Of a stretch of DNA of 64,000 bases, positions 62,920 to 64,000 are shown piece after piece. The notes beneath the pieces were generated by a model, which worked only from the letters and a program-made list of their open reading frames with translations, was not told the origin of the DNA and made no database searches. The stretch lies in contig JBQTIX010000044.1 in the NCBI GenBank assembly GCA_052387695.1, forward strand, positions 54,620 to 118,619. The letters are read 5' to 3'. The DNA comes from Panacagrimonas sp. (GTDB taxonomy: Bacteria; Pseudomonadota; Gammaproteobacteria; Nevskiales; Nevskiaceae). Position 1 is the first letter of the stretch. The number at the start of each line of letters is the position of its first letter. The translations under genes and the position numbers were made by a program.

Positions 62920-63410
62920 GGGGGTTTTTCGTTGTCCCCGCGCAGAGATTGTCGGAGAGATCGAACGTGGGCCGGAGAAGTTCGGCGCCGCGCTGCTCTC
63001 TCCGGATCGATGCGAATCCCAATGAACCGGTGGACCAGCCGCCACCGGAATGCTCTCTAACAATCTGGACTGTCGTAAGCGGTGGGTCCCAGCGCGGGAC
63101 TGACTCAATGTCAGTCCCGCGTAAACCCACCGCGGCGCATGCCGGGCCTCAATGGACGAAGAACGCTCGACGGCATGGGAAGCCGTGTGCTCGGGCGGAT
63201 GAATGCCCGCGCCCGGATGCCTCCGGCGCGCGGCTGATGATCGTGCGGGCGCCCGGTGCCCGACTTCTACATGAAGCCATCGAAACTCAATCACCCGGGC
63301 GTGAGGTCGCGACCACCAGACGACCGGGACGCCACGGGGGTAGGACCGTGGACGGGGTGGGCGCGCGTGCCTCGTTGTTCGAGCTGCAGCGCTTGATGCA
63401 CTTCAGCAAC

Positions 63411-63484
63411 GCAAGGCTGGCCTAGCGGTCGGGCTCCTGCCTTCCAAGCAGACGAGACGGGTTCGACTCCCGTGCCTTGCTCCA
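63411..63484 (+). tRNA. tRNA-Gly (anticodon TCC)
   Basis: GCAAGGC…CTGCcttCCAaGCAG…ACGGGTTCGACTCCCGTGCCTTGCTCCA; anticodon loop CTTCCAA with U33/A37; discriminator U + CCA. Confidence 0.8.
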
Positions 63485-63488
63485 ATTC

Positions 63489-63576
63489 GGATGGTTCGCA
63501 TAGCGGCCATTGCACCTGGCTGTAAACCAGGCGACCCCTCGGGTCTTCCAAGGTTCGAGTCCTTGACCATCCACCA
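63489..63576 (+). tRNA. tRNA-Tyr (anticodon GTA), long variable arm
   Basis: GGATGGT…CTGGCTGTAAACCAG + extra arm GCGACCCCTCGGGTC + T-arm GGTTCGAGTCC + CCATCCACCA. Confidence 0.85.
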
Positions 63577-63605
63577 GTACGCGTTCTTCAGTATTCAATT
63601 TTTAT

Positions 63606-63681
63606 GGTGGCCGTAGCTCAACGGCAGAGCCCCTGGTTGTGAGCCAGGAGGTCGCGGGGTCAGCACCCGTCGGTCACCCCA
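63606..63681 (+). tRNA. tRNA-His (anticodon GTG) with G-1 / C73
   Basis: G-GTGGCCG-TA-GCTCAACGGCAGAGC-C-CCTGGTTGTGAGCCAGG…CGGTCAC-C-CCA. The extra 5' G pairing with discriminator C is the His identity element. T-loop reads GTCAGCA (non-canonical), so confidence is reduced. Confidence 0.7.
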
Positions 63682-63686
63682 ACATC

Positions 63687-63829
63687 GGGTCGTTCGTCCA
63701 AGGGCAGGACCCCGGACTCTTTGATTCGGCGAAGCCGGATCAAAGCAAAACCGTGCTCTGTGTTGTTGAAGCGGCTGCACCGCTTCAACAATGCGGCCGA
63801 TCTCGGTTCAAGTCCGAGGCGACCCACCA
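63687..63829 (+). ncRNA. 143-nt tRNA-like gene with a ~72-nt insertion in the variable region: canonical acceptor stem (GGGTCGT/GCGACCC), D-arm, T-arm (CTCGGTTCAAGTCCGAG) and CCA, but an 8-nt anticodon-like loop
   Basis: Read directly. The extra region contains perfect hairpins (CTTTGAT…ATCAAAG; TTGTTGAAGCGGctgcaCCGCTTCAACAA). Position inside a tRNA operon. Confidence 0.45.
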
Positions 63830-63832
63830 AAT

Positions 63833-63917
63833 GCCGACGTGGTGAAACGGAATACACGCGACGCTCAGAACGTCGTGCCCTCAGGGCTTGCGAGTTCAAG
63901 TCTCGCCGTCGGTACCA
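63833..63917 (+). tRNA. tRNA-Leu (anticodon CAG), long variable arm
   Basis: GCCGACG…CGACGctCAGaaCGTCG + extra arm TGCCCTCAGGGCTTG + T-arm GCGAGTTCAAGTCTCGC + CGTCGGTACCA. Confidence 0.85.
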
Positions 63918-63922
63918 ACTCC

Positions 63923-64000
63923 ACCCCCGTAGCTCAGCGGAACCAGAGCGTCCGCTTACGAAGCGGAAAGTCGGAGGTTCAAATCCTCCCGGGGGTACCA
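63923..64000 (+). tRNA. tRNA-Arg (anticodon ACG)
   Basis: ACCCCCG-TA-GCTCAGCGGAACCAGAGC-G-TCCGCTTACGAAGCGGA-AAGTC-GGAGGTTCAAATCCTCC-CGGGGGT-A-CCA. Confidence 0.85.

Noticed and set aside
62005-63410. Assorted 60-230 aa ORFs in the 1.4-kb region between the tRNA-Thr-like gene and the tRNA cluster (e.g. 61734-62423 +, 62736-63425 +, 62684-63130 -)
   Set aside because: No RBS or motif support. The region is better explained by regulatory and structural RNA features (terminators, LexA promoter, nested palindrome at ~63085-63140). Only the 44-codon ORF inside the SOS unit is kept as a possibility.

Overview
High-GC (about 65-70%) proteobacterial chromosomal segment with roughly 55 protein-coding genes. 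It mixes housekeeping genes with accessory material.

Housekeeping genes: trpG/pabA 3' fragment, pgk, a SWIM-SNF2 helicase, metH, slyD, rtcB, and a tRNA cluster reading Gly-Tyr-His-X-Leu-Arg at the right edge, with a tRNA-Arg(CCG) at 54.2 kb.

Accessory material:
- 10.3-19.6 kb: a long minus-strand aromatic ring-hydroxylating dioxygenase / meta-cleavage operon (Rieske dioxygenase alpha/beta, extradiol dioxygenase, cis-diol dehydrogenase, Rieske ferredoxin, hydrolase, acyl-CoA ligase, HOA aldolase, acylating acetaldehyde dehydrogenase) with TetR regulators.
- 20.7-24.4 kb: a TetR-controlled unit of two paralogous hypothetical proteins flanking an APH-like phosphotransferase.
- 26.1-27.8 kb: a frameshifted Ser/Thr kinase next to an FGE-sulfatase-domain protein and a sulfotransferase.
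- 37.7-45.6 kb: an MdtABC-like RND efflux system with two permeases.
- 45.8-54.0 kb: epoxide hydrolase, GST, LysR-DoxX-pirin, an AbfD-like dehydratase, an outer-membrane barrel and cytochrome c5.
- 54.3-62.0 kb: the most unusual region, an island bounded by tRNA-Arg(CCG) plus a partial tRNA-Arg copy on the left and a degenerate minus-strand tRNA-Thr-like gene on the right. It holds an HEPN-like (RNxxxH) protein, two large hypothetical proteins (one with a DUF3883-like C-terminus), about 3.5 tandem highly structured ~100-bp repeats, RtcB RNA ligase and an SPFH protein. I read this as a candidate RNA-cleavage/RNA-repair (defence-like) module.
- 62.6-62.9 kb: a near-consensus LexA SOS box embedded in a sigma70 promoter, driving a ~300-nt unit that ends in a strong intrinsic terminator.

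Other non-genic signals: a three-copy ~190-bp MITE family with 8-bp target-site duplications, REP-like palindromes at gene 3' ends, an in-frame heptamer-palindrome insertion inside metH, a phased 11-bp GTGCCCA direct-repeat array, and a 143-nt tRNA-like gene with a 72-nt extra region.

All calls are from reading the sequence and the six-frame track. No database searches were run.
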